Origin: a bacterium
GTDB taxonomy: Bacteria; Patescibacteriota; Minisyncoccia; Phycocordibacterales; Phycocordibacteraceae
Direction of reading: 5' to 3'
NCBI GenBank assembly: GCA_030651285.1
Contig: JAUSCN010000012.1
Location: 9,441 to 73,440 of the forward strand
Length of the DNA: 64,000 bases
Numbering within the stretch: position 1 is the stretch's first letter; every line of letters begins with the position of its first letter. A model generated the notes under the pieces. It was not told the origin of the DNA. It worked only from the letters and a program-made list of their open reading frames with translations, and did not search any database. Positions 37,066-47,452 of the stretch are shown one piece after another. Both the position numbers and the translations under genes were made by a program.

Positions 37066-39849
37066 TTAATTAGCGCCAGAAGCCTCCTTTCCTTGTTCAT
37101 CATTAAGAGCTGCATGTGCTGCCGCCAATTTCGCAACCGGAACGCGATAGGGCGAGCAACTGACATAATCCAAACCTAACTCGTGACAGAACTCGACAGA
37201 ACTCGGATCACCGCCATGCTCACCACAGATTCCAAGCTTGATAGCAGGCCTGGTCTTGCGTCCGCCAGCGATTGCGATCTTCATCAAGGCTCCAACCCCT
37301 TCACGATCAAGTGTCGCAAAAGGATCAAACCCCATGAGTCCATTCTCCCTGTAGAACTCAATGAACTTCGCAGCATCGTCGCGGGAAAACCCGAACGTGG
37401 TCTGCGTAAGATCATTGGTTCCAAAGGAAAAGAACTCTGCCTCATTCGCAATCCGATCTGCGGTAACTGCCGCACGCGGCAGCTCGATCATGGTTCCCAC
37501 AAGGTACGACAGCTTCACGCCGTAGCGCTTCATGGTCTCCTCTGCGACTTCACGAACGAGATCCTTCTGCGACTTCATTTCGGACTCCATGCCCACAAGA
37601 GGAATCATGATCTCCGGAACGATCCTAATGCCTTCTTTTGCCAACTCGCAGGCTGCCTCGATAATAGCTCTGGCCTGCATTCTGGTGATTTCTGGCATCG
37701 TGATACCCAACCGACATCCGCGGAGGCCGAGCATGGGATTGAACTCATGCAGTTCCTCCACTCGTGCCAGCAGCTGTCGCTTTTCTTTCAGCTTCTCCTC
37801 ATACCCACGCATATATTCCAACCGCGCGACATCGACCATCAGGTCCTCACGCTTCGGCAGGAATTCATGCAATGGCGGATCGAGCAGCCGGATCGTCACC
37901 GGATAGCCCTGCATTTCACGATAGATGCCGATAAAATCCTCCTTCTGTAGCGGCAAGAGTTGTGCGAGATACTTTTCCCGCTCCTCGCCCGTGCTCGCCA
38001 AAATCATGGACTGAATAATCGGAAGTCGATTATCGCCGAAGAACATGTGCTCGGTGCGACAGAGACCAATCCCTTCCGCACCGAAGCCTCGCGCAATCTT
38101 CGCCTGACCCGGCGTATCTGCATTTGCACGAACCCTCAACCCCGCAACACCACTGGCCCACAAGAGAATCATCATGAACGCGTCATACTTCTTCGACCTC
38201 TCTTCAGCCAGTTCTCCCTTGATCACTTGAATGATTTCGGATTCCATCACGGGAATTTCTCCCTTGTAGACGTTCCCGGTCGAACCATTCAACGAAATGA
38301 GATCGCCTTCGCGAAACACTTCTTCACCGATCCTTACAGACTGGGTATCGAGAACCACAACAGCCTCACACCCTGCCACGCAGACTCTGCCCATCTGCCT
38401 GGCCACAACTGCAGCATGAGATGTCATCCCGCCACGAGCAGTCAGAAATCCAGCTGCGGCATTCATTCCATGAATGTCGTCTGGACTTGTTTCTTGCCGT
38501 ACGAGCACGACTTTCGCCCCTGCTGCCGCCATCTTGACCGCGCGGTCAGACGTAAAGACAATCTTCCCCGCAGCTGCACCAGGACCCGCAGGCAATCCTT
38601 TGCCTATCGGAGTCAACTGCTTCTCTGCTTTGGCGTCGAAAATGGGATAGAGACACTGAATCAATTGATCCGGATCGATCCGCTGCACAGCCGTTCGCGG
38701 TGATATGAGTCCTTCTATAACCATATCAACAGCAATCTGCACAGCGGCAGGACCAGTTCGTTTTCCGACACGCACCTGAAGCATGTAGAGCTTGCCCTCC
38801 TGGATTGTGAATTCCAGGTCGAGCATGTCGCGATAGTGCACCTCCAATATCTTGTAGGTTTTCACCAATTCCCGATAGGCTGCAGGGACCAAGTCCTCAA
38901 GTTTGTTCACCGGTAGTGGCGTGCGAATGCCCGCCACTACGTCTTCTCCCTGAGCGTTCATCAAGCATTCTCCGTAGAAATTCTTGTCGCCCGTAGCAGG
39001 ATCACGCGTGAACGCAACACCCGTACCACTCGTCTCCCCCATATTTCCGAAAACCATGGCAACGACATTGACTGCCGTTCCCCAATCTCCAGGAATGTGA
39101 TGGATCTCCCGATACGTAATGGCCCGAGCGCAGTTCCAGGAAGAGAACACGGCGTGGATGGCCATCCTCAACTGATCCATAGGATCGTCGGGAAAAACTT
39201 GTCCCGTCATATTCTTCACCAGATCTTTGAACTCGATGACGAGCTGCGCCAACACCGAAGCATCAAGGTCAGTATCATTCTTTGCGCCGACCCTTCTCTT
39301 CGTGTCCCTGAGCAGATGCTCGAAGGAGTCACGCTCGACGCCCATCACGATACTCCCGAACATGGCAATGAACCGACGATAGCAATCCTGCGCAAATCGC
39401 TCATTGTGAGTTCTTCGCGACAGTCCTTCGACCGTCTTCGTGGTCAGCCCGACGTTTAGGACCGTATCCATCATTCCAGGCATGGATGCCCGAGAACCGG
39501 ACCGGACTGCAACGAGGAGCGGATTTTCTGCATCACCGAAATTCATTCCCATCAACGATTCAACACGTCGCAAGGCCTGTAAGGCCTGCTCCCACATTCC
39601 GGGAGGAAAGTGTTTATTTTGCCGATAGTACTCGATACAGGCGGTAGTCGGAATCGTAAATCCCGGGGAAACAGAGATACCAAGATTGGCCATCTCGGCC
39701 AGACCGGCACCTTTGCCACCCAGCAATTCCTTCATGTCCTTTTTACCTTCCGCCTTGCCACCGCCGAAGGCGTATGTCCACTTCGGGTCACTCACATTTT
39801 TTGCACCCACAGACTTTTCACTCCCCGAACCTGTCGCTAGCGTCATCAT
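37066..39849 (-). CDS. ppdK: Pyruvate, phosphate dikinase
   Basis: LLGGKGAGLAEM, SMPGMMDT, GGMTSHAAVVAR (phospho-His), GLCRTEHMF, SFGTNDLTQ, ICGEHGG; GGAGG SD. Confidence 0.97.
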   Translation of the reverse strand: MMTLATGSGSEKSVGAKNVSDPKWTYAFGGGKAEGKKDMKELLGGKGAGLAEMANLGISVSPGFTIPTTACIEYYRQNKHFPPGMWEQALQALRRVESLMGMNFGDAENPLLVAVRSGSRASMPGMMDTVLNVGLTTKTVEGLSRRTHNERFAQDCYRRFIAMFGSIVMGVERDSFEHLLRDTKRRVGAKNDTDLDASVLAQLVIEFKDLVKNMTGQVFPDDPMDQLRMAIHAVFSSWNCARAITYREIHHIPGDWGTAVNVVAMVFGNMGETSGTGVAFTRDPATGDKNFYGECLMNAQGEDVVAGIRTPLPVNKLEDLVPAAYRELVKTYKILEVHYRDMLDLEFTIQEGKLYMLQVRVGKRTGPAAVQIAVDMVIEGLISPRTAVQRIDPDQLIQCLYPIFDAKAEKQLTPIGKGLPAGPGAAAGKIVFTSDRAVKMAAAGAKVVLVRQETSPDDIHGMNAAAGFLTARGGMTSHAAVVARQMGRVCVAGCEAVVVLDTQSVRIGEEVFREGDLISLNGSTGNVYKGEIPVMESEIIQVIKGELAEERSKKYDAFMMILLWASGVAGLRVRANADTPGQAKIARGFGAEGIGLCRTEHMFFGDNRLPIIQSMILASTGEEREKYLAQLLPLQKEDFIGIYREMQGYPVTIRLLDPPLHEFLPKREDLMVDVARLEYMRGYEEKLKEKRQLLARVEELHEFNPMLGLRGCRLGITMPEITRMQARAIIEAACELAKEGIRIVPEIMIPLVGMESEMKSQKDLVREVAEETMKRYGVKLSYLVGTMIELPRAAVTADRIANEAEFFSFGTNDLTQTTFGFSRDDAAKFIEFYRENGLMGFDPFATLDREGVGALMKIAIAGGRKTRPAIKLGICGEHGGDPSSVEFCHELGLDYVSCSPYRVPVAKLAAAHAALNDEQGKEASGAN

Positions 39850-40060
39850 TCTTCGCCTCCCTAGTGAAGTGTAATTGAGTGACACCGACCTGAACTCTAA
39901 GACGATGCGGCTCCTAGCACTAAGATCCCCGTATAGACTCTCCTTTCTTCTGTCTGTCTGTTTAGGTTTGTTTTATGTACTTAGCAACGTACCTCCGAGG
40001 CAACTATAATGAGAATTATGGTGTCTGTCAAAATTATTCGCCCTATCAATTTGCAGCATT

Positions 40061-41797
40061 TTATTGCACAGTTTGACCAGCTGAAACACGGATGTGCTGG
40101 CCACCTGGCAGCCGCACAGTCGTGGTAGCAGTCCCGCCGACATACGGAGAATTTTCTGCATATAGAGATTCAAAAAGTTCGCGCATCACACTCACTGCTT
40201 GCGACCCAGCACCAGCAGGACCGCGCTCAAGTGCGACCGTAAATGCGTATTGCGGATTATCATAAGGAAAGAAGCCCACCACCCACGAATTGTCGAACTG
40301 GTTGCGCGTACCGGTCTGCGCCGTACCAGTCTTCGCAGCTACTTTCACATATGGAAAATTCAGGGCACTAGCAAGTGCCTCCGTAACAGTCTTTCTCATG
40401 CCCTCTTGCACGACCTTGAGTGCAGCCGCATCGACCGGTACGACCGCAAATTCAGGGATCTGATCCGCAAGAAGTTTTGGCGCGAGAAGTTTTCCGCCAT
40501 TAGACACGGCTGCAATCGCCCGAACCATCTGTATCGGCGTCACTTGCACCGAGTATTGCCCGATTGATGTAAAGAACGTGTCACCGAGATACCACGGTTC
40601 GTTAAACGTTTCTTTTTTCCATTCAGGAGTCGGAATGAGCCCACTTACCTCTCCGGGCACATCGATACCCGTCACACTCCCAAGCCCGAATTGGTGGTAC
40701 CAATATGCGAGCCGATCTATACCGAGACCCTTTTGCCCGCCAAATCCGCCACCGACCGTATAGAAAAAGACGTCCGATGACCATGCGATCGCCTTCCGCA
40801 CATCAACTGGACCGAGCGCCTTCCAACCCTTGAAGACGAATGATTTGCCTGGGTGGTACGGATCTGGCATTGAGAGAGACCCTGGGTCATTGATGACCGT
40901 ATCAGGCGTGATGATGCCGTCGGTAAGCGCTCCTGAGGCCACGAGCGGCTTCACGATGGAACCCGGCGCGTACACACCCTGCACAGCATGATCTAGGAAT
41001 GGATGCCCCGGATCTTTAGAGTACTGAGCGATAATATCTGAAGGACCGCCACTTGCCATGACATTTGGATCGTAGCTCGGATAGGAGACGATCGCGCGCA
41101 CCGCGCCTGTGTGTACGTCCATAATGACGCCGGCACCTGCAATGAATCGCTTGGACTCAACCACGTCGGCGATAATCTTTGCGAATGTTTCCTCAAGGGC
41201 GGCATCGACCGATAACTGTAGCGTCCCGCCTACCTCAGCGGGCACGACAGTACCCTGAGAACGGACCTGTCCGAGAGCATCGACTTCGGTAAGTAGTTTT
41301 CCATTTTTCCCCGCAAGGAGCGCGTCATACTTCGCCTCAAGACCGGCAAGACCGGTTTGTTTCGTGTCGTAATACACCCCCTTTGAGTCTTTCTTCGGGT
41401 ACGACACGTAGCCGATGATGTGCCCAAGAGCCGGAACAGGATAATTTCGCCGCACACTCCTGTCTTCTTTTTCAATGTTTTCAGCAACAACCGCCCCAAA
41501 CACGTCCGTAATGATGCCTCTCGGCGCAAAAAGTGTTCTGACCTCAAGCGCATTATCTGCACTGTTGGTAGCAAATTCTTTGCCCTGGACGATCTGCAGA
41601 TCCCAAGCACGCACCGAAAGAACGAGGAAAAGGATGGTGAGTGCAATACCGAGCGAGAAGAATGCACTGTGCGAAAGAGGCTTCTCGAGTCGTCCTTCAA
41701 AACGCGCCCGATCAAAATCAGGTGCGTTTGATGCATCTAGGAATATCTCATCAGGAGCGATCTCCGGATCTTTCCGTCTTTTCTTTCGCCACAGCAT
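40061..41797 (-). CDS. mrdA: Penicillin-binding protein 2
   Basis: PGSIVKP, SSD, KTGTAQ; downstream of mreB-mreC. Confidence 0.9.
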   Translation of the reverse strand: MLWRKKRRKDPEIAPDEIFLDASNAPDFDRARFEGRLEKPLSHSAFFSLGIALTILFLVLSVRAWDLQIVQGKEFATNSADNALEVRTLFAPRGIITDVFGAVVAENIEKEDRSVRRNYPVPALGHIIGYVSYPKKDSKGVYYDTKQTGLAGLEAKYDALLAGKNGKLLTEVDALGQVRSQGTVVPAEVGGTLQLSVDAALEETFAKIIADVVESKRFIAGAGVIMDVHTGAVRAIVSYPSYDPNVMASGGPSDIIAQYSKDPGHPFLDHAVQGVYAPGSIVKPLVASGALTDGIITPDTVINDPGSLSMPDPYHPGKSFVFKGWKALGPVDVRKAIAWSSDVFFYTVGGGFGGQKGLGIDRLAYWYHQFGLGSVTGIDVPGEVSGLIPTPEWKKETFNEPWYLGDTFFTSIGQYSVQVTPIQMVRAIAAVSNGGKLLAPKLLADQIPEFAVVPVDAAALKVVQEGMRKTVTEALASALNFPYVKVAAKTGTAQTGTRNQFDNSWVVGFFPYDNPQYAFTVALERGPAGAGSQAVSVMRELFESLYAENSPYVGGTATTTVRLPGGQHIRVSAGQTVQ

Positions 41798-41854
41798 CCC
41801 CCCATGATACTCGTCCCGTTAGAGATAGAAAGTCCTTGGAGACTGGTTTTAACA

Positions 41855-42112
41855 TCACAGATCTCTAACAGGACTCGCTCTGACGCGATTACGCAGCACG
41901 AATGCGATGGCTGTACAGATCGCGCCATAGATCGTAAAGAGTGGGACCGTATGCGCCTGTGGCGTGTAGTACAACACATCAGCCAGGATTCCGGCGGCGA
42001 GTGGTACGAGCGGCTCCATGAACGACACGCTGATCGCAAGTACCGCAGCAAACTTCCAGGGGAAAAAGATGACGGACAAGAGCGTAGCTATCGTGAGTGT
42101 CGCCCTCATCAT
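41855..42112 (-). CDS. Small membrane protein at the MreD position
   Basis: 85-aa hydrophobic ORF (AGILADVL) between mreC and mrdA. Confidence 0.6.
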   Translation of the reverse strand: MMRATLTIATLLSVIFFPWKFAAVLAISVSFMEPLVPLAAGILADVLYYTPQAHTVPLFTIYGAICTAIAFVLRNRVRASPVRDL

Positions 42113-42951
42113 GGTGAGGTTGAAGTTGCTGAAGACTTACCCAGAAGCCCCACGCCCGTGTCGCGCAACATGACCCACGTAACTGAGAAAAGATTTACCG
42201 CAGGTATAATACGGAGCACGACCTCAGGAGCTGCAGGATCATCATCGATGCGCGTAACGCTCCCGATGGGAAGCGCTCCCGGGCCCGGGACATACACGAC
42301 ATCGCCTACTGCGACGTTTGCAGAGCGCGCAAGAGTCGCGCTCATCGCACCGCCACCCGCACCTTCGATGGTAAGCGGCACATGAGCGTACCCGACCCAA
42401 CCATGGGTCACCATGCCTGGCGCTGAAAAAAGCGTGACTCGAGAATACTCGGGCAAGACTGAAGAGATGGCACCAATAGGTACGCCCCCCGCACCAAATA
42501 CTTCCATCCCAACCGTGACACCTGCATCAATTCCTTCAGAGAGTACGAGCGTGTCATAAGGACTTTCAGGCGGACGAACGATAACGCTCGCAAGAATTCC
42601 GCTGACAGCAGTCTTCCCCGATGTCGTAGAACTCAGGAGAGCCGAGAGACTGGAGACCTTCACGAGGAGCGCACGATTTTCACTCGCAAGGGCGGCATTT
42701 TCACTCGCAAGCAGCTCATTCTTAGAGGAGAGAGTTGCGGCGTCGCCAAAACTGGAGACGAACCCATGACCAGCGGCAGCAACAGAATCGGCCCCGCGAT
42801 AGAGCGGAGCGAATAGATTCCAGAAAAAATTTGGCGCGAAGAACCGTACAAGAAAGACGATAAGTACGAACATGAGCGCAGCAACGCCCCACGAGAAACT
42901 CTCGGGCGAAAATATCGCGTTACTACGCCTCGTTAAGTATGTCCTCTTCAT
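42109..42951 (-). CDS. mreC: Rod shape-determining protein MreC
   Basis: TM, coiled coil (LASENAALASEN), beta-rich domain; follows mreB. Confidence 0.88.
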   Translation of the reverse strand: MKRTYLTRRSNAIFSPESFSWGVAALMFVLIVFLVRFFAPNFFWNLFAPLYRGADSVAAAGHGFVSSFGDAATLSSKNELLASENAALASENRALLVKVSSLSALLSSTTSGKTAVSGILASVIVRPPESPYDTLVLSEGIDAGVTVGMEVFGAGGVPIGAISSVLPEYSRVTLFSAPGMVTHGWVGYAHVPLTIEGAGGGAMSATLARSANVAVGDVVYVPGPGALPIGSVTRIDDDPAAPEVVLRIIPAVNLFSVTWVMLRDTGVGLLGKSSATSTSP

Positions 42952-43975
42952 CGATGAAAAATTCCGCGTATGGTTCGGGATTTTCGGTCACGATGCCAGC
43001 GCCGCGCACTACGGTCGTGAGAGGGTCTGCTGCGACCCTCACTGGCACACCGAGCATCTTTGCGAGCACCTGCGGGAGTCCGCGCAGGAGCGCGCCACCA
43101 CCGAACACAGTAACCCCGTGCTGTAATACGTCCGAAAGAAGCTCGGGCGGCGTCGACTCAATCACTTCCTTCATAGATTCCATGAGCGAATCAAGCGACG
43201 AAGAAATCGCCTCTCGAACATGCGAATCGGTCAGAATGATCTCTCGCGGAAGCCCCGTCGCAAGATCTCTCCCGCGCACGCTTCGCGAAAGAGCTTCAGG
43301 AAGTTCAGTGACTGCCCCAATCGATATTTTCACATCTTCCGCTGTGCGCTCGCCGATGCCGAGCTTGAACTCGCTTCGCACGAAGTCGATAATGTTGTCA
43401 TTGAAACGATCGCCCGCGACATGAGAGCTCTTAGACGCCACGACCCCTCTAAGAGCAATGACTGCAATGTCGGTCGTGCCGCCGCCGATGTCGAGCACCA
43501 TCGTCCCAACAGCATCAGTCACCGGCAGCTTCGCACCAATGGCGCCTGCGACCGGCTCTTCAATAATGATTGCTTCGCGTGCACCCGCATTCCTCGCCGC
43601 ATCACGCACAGCTCGACTCTGTACGTTGGTGACGCCGGTCGGCACACCCACCACCACGCGCGGTCCAAAGAGTCGTGCACGACCGCTCTGTGCTTTATTG
43701 ATGAAATACGTGAGCAATTCTTCCGTCACCTCGAAGTCAGAGATGACGCCATGGGAAAGTGGGCGCACGACGCGAATATGCTCGGGAGTCTTCCCGAGCA
43801 TCGTCTTTGCTTCTCTTCCCACGGCCACAACTTGACGCGTCTTGTCATTGACCGCGACGACCGACGGCTCATTGATGATGACTCCTTTCCCGCGCACGTA
43901 CACGAGCGTATTCGCAGTTCCTAGATCGATCGCAATGTCGGTACTGAAGAATGCATTCTTTGAAAATCTAGCCAT
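42923..43975 (-). CDS. mreB: Rod shape-determining protein MreB (operon copy)
   Basis: IAIDLGTANT, EPSVVAV, DIGGGTTD, GGGALL. Confidence 0.95.
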   Translation of the reverse strand: MARFSKNAFFSTDIAIDLGTANTLVYVRGKGVIINEPSVVAVNDKTRQVVAVGREAKTMLGKTPEHIRVVRPLSHGVISDFEVTEELLTYFINKAQSGRARLFGPRVVVGVPTGVTNVQSRAVRDAARNAGAREAIIIEEPVAGAIGAKLPVTDAVGTMVLDIGGGTTDIAVIALRGVVASKSSHVAGDRFNDNIIDFVRSEFKLGIGERTAEDVKISIGAVTELPEALSRSVRGRDLATGLPREIILTDSHVREAISSSLDSLMESMKEVIESTPPELLSDVLQHGVTVFGGGALLRGLPQVLAKMLGVPVRVAADPLTTVVRGAGIVTENPEPYAEFFIDEEDILNEA

Positions 43976-43977
43976 AC

Positions 43978-45222
43978 TTAAGAGAGAAGCTCTGTGCGCG
44001 TCTTCTTTGCGACCTCTCCAGTTGCGCGAGTAACCACCTCGAACTGACCTGTAGCGACTGCATCGCGACCGACAATGATGCGGCGTGGAATACCCAAAAG
44101 ATCGCTCTCCGTAAATTTCTGACCAGCAGATATATCACGATCGTCATAAAGAACCTCGACTCCCGCTTTCACAAAATCAGCATACAGAGCATCAGCCATC
44201 TGGAATGCTTCGTCTCCTGACTTTCCAAGAGACATGAGGTGCACTGAAAATGGAGCGACACTCTCCGGCCACACAAGCCCGTTCTCATCGGCCATGAGCT
44301 CGACAATCGTACCCATCAGGCGCCCCGGACCAATACCATAGCTTCCCATGAAGACCGGTGTCGCCTTCCCTTCCGCATCCTTATAGGAAAGACCAAGCGC
44401 TTCTGAAAATCGCGTACTGAGCGTGAAGATGTTTCCTACCTCAATCGCTTTCGCCTCCTTTAGATTTGCTTTGTCGATGCCGGTTGTCGCATACACTTCT
44501 GCATCGTCATACACTTCCTTATTGAGCGCGAGCCGCTTCGAATCATCGATATAAATGGTGTCCTCACCAGCACCACAAATGGTCTGATACTCGTGCGAAT
44601 ACTTGCTGAAGGAGCCGCCGGAAGCAAATGTGCGATAGGTTTTCTCGCCGATGCCGACGCGTTTGAAAATGTTCTCGTATGCTGCGGCGACCTTTTCATA
44701 AAACTCGTTATGGCTCTCGAGATTCGTCGAGAAGGAGTAGAGGTCCTTCATGATGAACTCCCGCGCGCGCATGATGCCGGACTTCGCACGAGTCTCGTTA
44801 CGAAATTTATTCTGGAACTGATACACGTAGCGCGGCAAGTCTTTGTAGGACGAGATGTGTTCGGTCATGAGCGCGGTCAGCGCCTCTTCGTGCGTATTGC
44901 CGAGACCGAGCTCGCTACCATTCTTCAAGTGCGTCTTGAACCACACATCGACGACCGAATCATCCCAGCGACCGCTTTTCTTCCAAGCTTCAGGGTCTTG
45001 GAGCGTCGTCAGGAGCACCTCCTCTCCACCAATCGCATTCATCTCCTCACGGATAATGCCGATAATCTTATTGAGCGTACGCAGACCGAGCGGTAGGAAG
45101 GAGTAGACACCCGCCATCTCTTTGTGAATGTAGCCGGCACGCACCAGGAGCTGCGCGTTCTTCGCGACTTCATCTGAAGGCGCCTCGCGCCGAGCCTTCG
45201 TGAAGAGTCTTGATTGCCTCAT
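43978..45222 (-). CDS. proS: Proline--tRNA ligase (short form without INS editing domain)
   Basis: LLVRAGYI, THEE, QFQNKFRNE, REFIMKDLYSF, MGSYGIG. Confidence 0.94.
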   Translation of the reverse strand: MRQSRLFTKARREAPSDEVAKNAQLLVRAGYIHKEMAGVYSFLPLGLRTLNKIIGIIREEMNAIGGEEVLLTTLQDPEAWKKSGRWDDSVVDVWFKTHLKNGSELGLGNTHEEALTALMTEHISSYKDLPRYVYQFQNKFRNETRAKSGIMRAREFIMKDLYSFSTNLESHNEFYEKVAAAYENIFKRVGIGEKTYRTFASGGSFSKYSHEYQTICGAGEDTIYIDDSKRLALNKEVYDDAEVYATTGIDKANLKEAKAIEVGNIFTLSTRFSEALGLSYKDAEGKATPVFMGSYGIGPGRLMGTIVELMADENGLVWPESVAPFSVHLMSLGKSGDEAFQMADALYADFVKAGVEVLYDDRDISAGQKFTESDLLGIPRRIIVGRDAVATGQFEVVTRATGEVAKKTRTELLS

Positions 45223-45254
45223 GCGCCACAGTATACGCCCCCGCCCCGCTCCCA

Positions 45255-45307
45255 GCAAAACAAGGCTTGACCTTGGGAAGGCGGATTAAGGTCGAGCCTT
45301 GTTTTGC
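45255..45307. repeat. 20-bp inverted repeat (REP-like)
   Basis: GCAAAACAAGGCTTGACCTT-13 nt-AAGGTCGAGCCTTGTTTTGC, one mismatch. Confidence 0.8.
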
Positions 45308-45407
45308 GTTACATTACCCGACGATCTTGAAGAGGTTGTACGCGGCGGGACAGTCTGTGGATATATACGCAACGCCTCCTCACAGCGGCCGTGATACACT
45401 TTTTCGC

Positions 45408-45743
45408 ATGATTACCGATGCGGACATTACGAAACTCAAAGGGGTCTTTGCGACGAAGGATGACTTAAAGGGGTTCGCAACAAAAGATGACTTAGGGAGG
45501 TTTGCGACGAAGGATGCTCTCGCTGAATTACGTGCAGATATGCAAGTGGGGTTTGGCGAGGTAAACGAAAAGATAGATACACTCGCGACCGCTTTCAGCC
45601 GTATGGAGAATACCTTGGATGGCATCGTCGGAGCAATCCAGGATTTGCGAACAGAAAACGGCGCGGGTACCACCCACCTCCTACGACATGATCGGCAGAT
45701 AGAAGCGCTCGCGCTCGCAACAAAAGTCACACTCCCCAATTAG
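45408..45743 (+). CDS. Coiled-coil protein with FATKDDL repeats
   Basis: Three 27-bp tandem units at ~45447-45520; TACACT 7 nt upstream of ATG. Confidence 0.75.
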   Translation: MITDADITKLKGVFATKDDLKGFATKDDLGRFATKDALAELRADMQVGFGEVNEKIDTLATAFSRMENTLDGIVGAIQDLRTENGAGTTHLLRHDRQIEALALATKVTLPN

Positions 45744-45776
45744 TGACAACATCGCGTGCTGTTAATTTTTTAAGAA

Positions 45777-46877
45777 TTACCTGACGATCTTGAAAATGTC
45801 GTGCGCGGTGACAAGCACCATAAGGAGGATGAGGAACGCGAAGCCGACCATGTTGATGGAATTAGCCAGACTTGTCTTGATCGGGCGGCGAATGATGCTC
45901 TCAATGATCACGAAGAGGAGTCTGCCGCCATCGAGTGCAGGAATTGGAATGAGGTTGATGAGCGCCAAGTTGATCGAGATCACTGCCATGATGGAGAGTA
46001 AGTCGCCAAATCCTTGTGCAGAGGCACTACCGACAGCTCCCGCAATACCAACAGGACCCGACACCTGCGAGAGATCAGCCGAGAGCGTGAGGATGCCATA
46101 GAAGAAGTGACCGAGCCCGATCGCGGTCATCTTGGTAGCCGTCCAGGTAAGCTGCGCACCTTCGACGATCGCATCAACAAACGAGAGCGGTACGGTACCG
46201 ACAGTTGCAACCTCTACACCAAGAGCGTAGCGAGACGGATCATTCTGATTAAGACCACTCTTCGCTACTGCTTCGACTATCTTCTCTTCCCCATTATGCT
46301 TCACTGTGAGCGTTACAGGAGTGCCCCCACTCGAAGCGACGAATGCCGAAAAGCTTTTTGGATCAGACGCGCCCCATTCCCCTTTCGCGCCCTTCGCATT
46401 CAAGATCGAATCGCCAGGAACGAGACCTGCCTGTGCGGCAGGAGTACCAGGAAGCACGTTTGCCACCATAAGTTCCAAGTTGCGAGCGTTCGCAACTTCG
46501 CTCTCCGAAAGCACACGCGGCGTACCCGCAATAAGTGCACCGGTTATGAGCACGTACGCGAAGACAAGGTTCATCGTGATACCTGCAACGAGCACAATCG
46601 CCTGCGCGAGACGCGGCCTCGCAGAGAATGCATGGGGATCCTTGGGCGCGCCAGGGGTCAAACCATCTTCACCATAAATTTTCACGAACCCGCCAAACGG
46701 TAGCCAGTTAAGTGTGTATTCGGTACCACCAATTTTCCCAATCGTGAACGCGCGCGGAGGGTATCCGAGACCAAATTCATCAACACGCATTCCCGAGAGC
46801 TTCGCAGCGACAAGATGTCCAAACTCGTGAACAACGATGAGAGCAACGATGACGCAGAGGAAAATCAGGATGCTCAT
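45777..46877 (-). CDS. rseP: Site-2 (M50) intramembrane protease RseP
   Basis: HEFGH, PDZ, NLIPIPALDGG. Confidence 0.94.
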   Translation of the reverse strand: MSILIFLCVIVALIVVHEFGHLVAAKLSGMRVDEFGLGYPPRAFTIGKIGGTEYTLNWLPFGGFVKIYGEDGLTPGAPKDPHAFSARPRLAQAIVLVAGITMNLVFAYVLITGALIAGTPRVLSESEVANARNLELMVANVLPGTPAAQAGLVPGDSILNAKGAKGEWGASDPKSFSAFVASSGGTPVTLTVKHNGEEKIVEAVAKSGLNQNDPSRYALGVEVATVGTVPLSFVDAIVEGAQLTWTATKMTAIGLGHFFYGILTLSADLSQVSGPVGIAGAVGSASAQGFGDLLSIMAVISINLALINLIPIPALDGGRLLFVIIESIIRRPIKTSLANSINMVGFAFLILLMVLVTAHDIFKIVR

Positions 46878-46880
46878 AAT

Positions 46881-47432
46881 TTATTGGGCGATTTCCGTTT
46901 CTTTCTTCTCGAGCGCTTTCACAAGAGCCTCATTACCGGTATCAATAAGTTTCTGCACTTCGGTCTTAAGACGCTGGAGCTCGTCTTTGCCCATACCACC
47001 ATCTTCACTCGCCGCCTCTAACGTATGCAGCGCATCGGTACGATGGGAGCGGAGTGTCACTTTCGCCTGCTCAGTCTTGTCTTTAGCGATCTTCGAAAGC
47101 TGCGTACGGCGTTCGCTCGTGAGCTCGGGAAACGAAATGCGGAGACCTTGATCATCAGTCGATACACCGACACCAAGGTTTGCATCGATAACCCCTTTTT
47201 CTATCGCCTTCAAAAGCGACATGTCCCACGGGATGATACGCAGTGTGCGAGCGTCCTCAACGGAAATAGCAGCAAGCTCTCGCATTGGCGAGCGCGTGCC
47301 GTATGCCTCAGGCTTCACGCCGTCGAGCAGTGTCGGCGTCGCGCGACCAGTGCGAACACCTGAAAGCTCGCGTGAGAGCCATTCTTCAGTCTCCATAATA
47401 TTCGTCTTTAATTTTGAAAAATCATATGCCAT
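46881..47432 (-). CDS. frr: Ribosome recycling factor
   Basis: VRTGRATP, PWD, PELTSERR. Confidence 0.95.
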   Translation of the reverse strand: MAYDFSKLKTNIMETEEWLSRELSGVRTGRATPTLLDGVKPEAYGTRSPMRELAAISVEDARTLRIIPWDMSLLKAIEKGVIDANLGVGVSTDDQGLRISFPELTSERRTQLSKIAKDKTEQAKVTLRSHRTDALHTLEAASEDGGMGKDELQRLKTEVQKLIDTGNEALVKALEKKETEIAQ

Positions 47433-47452
47433 ATAGCAACATCATAACAAAC

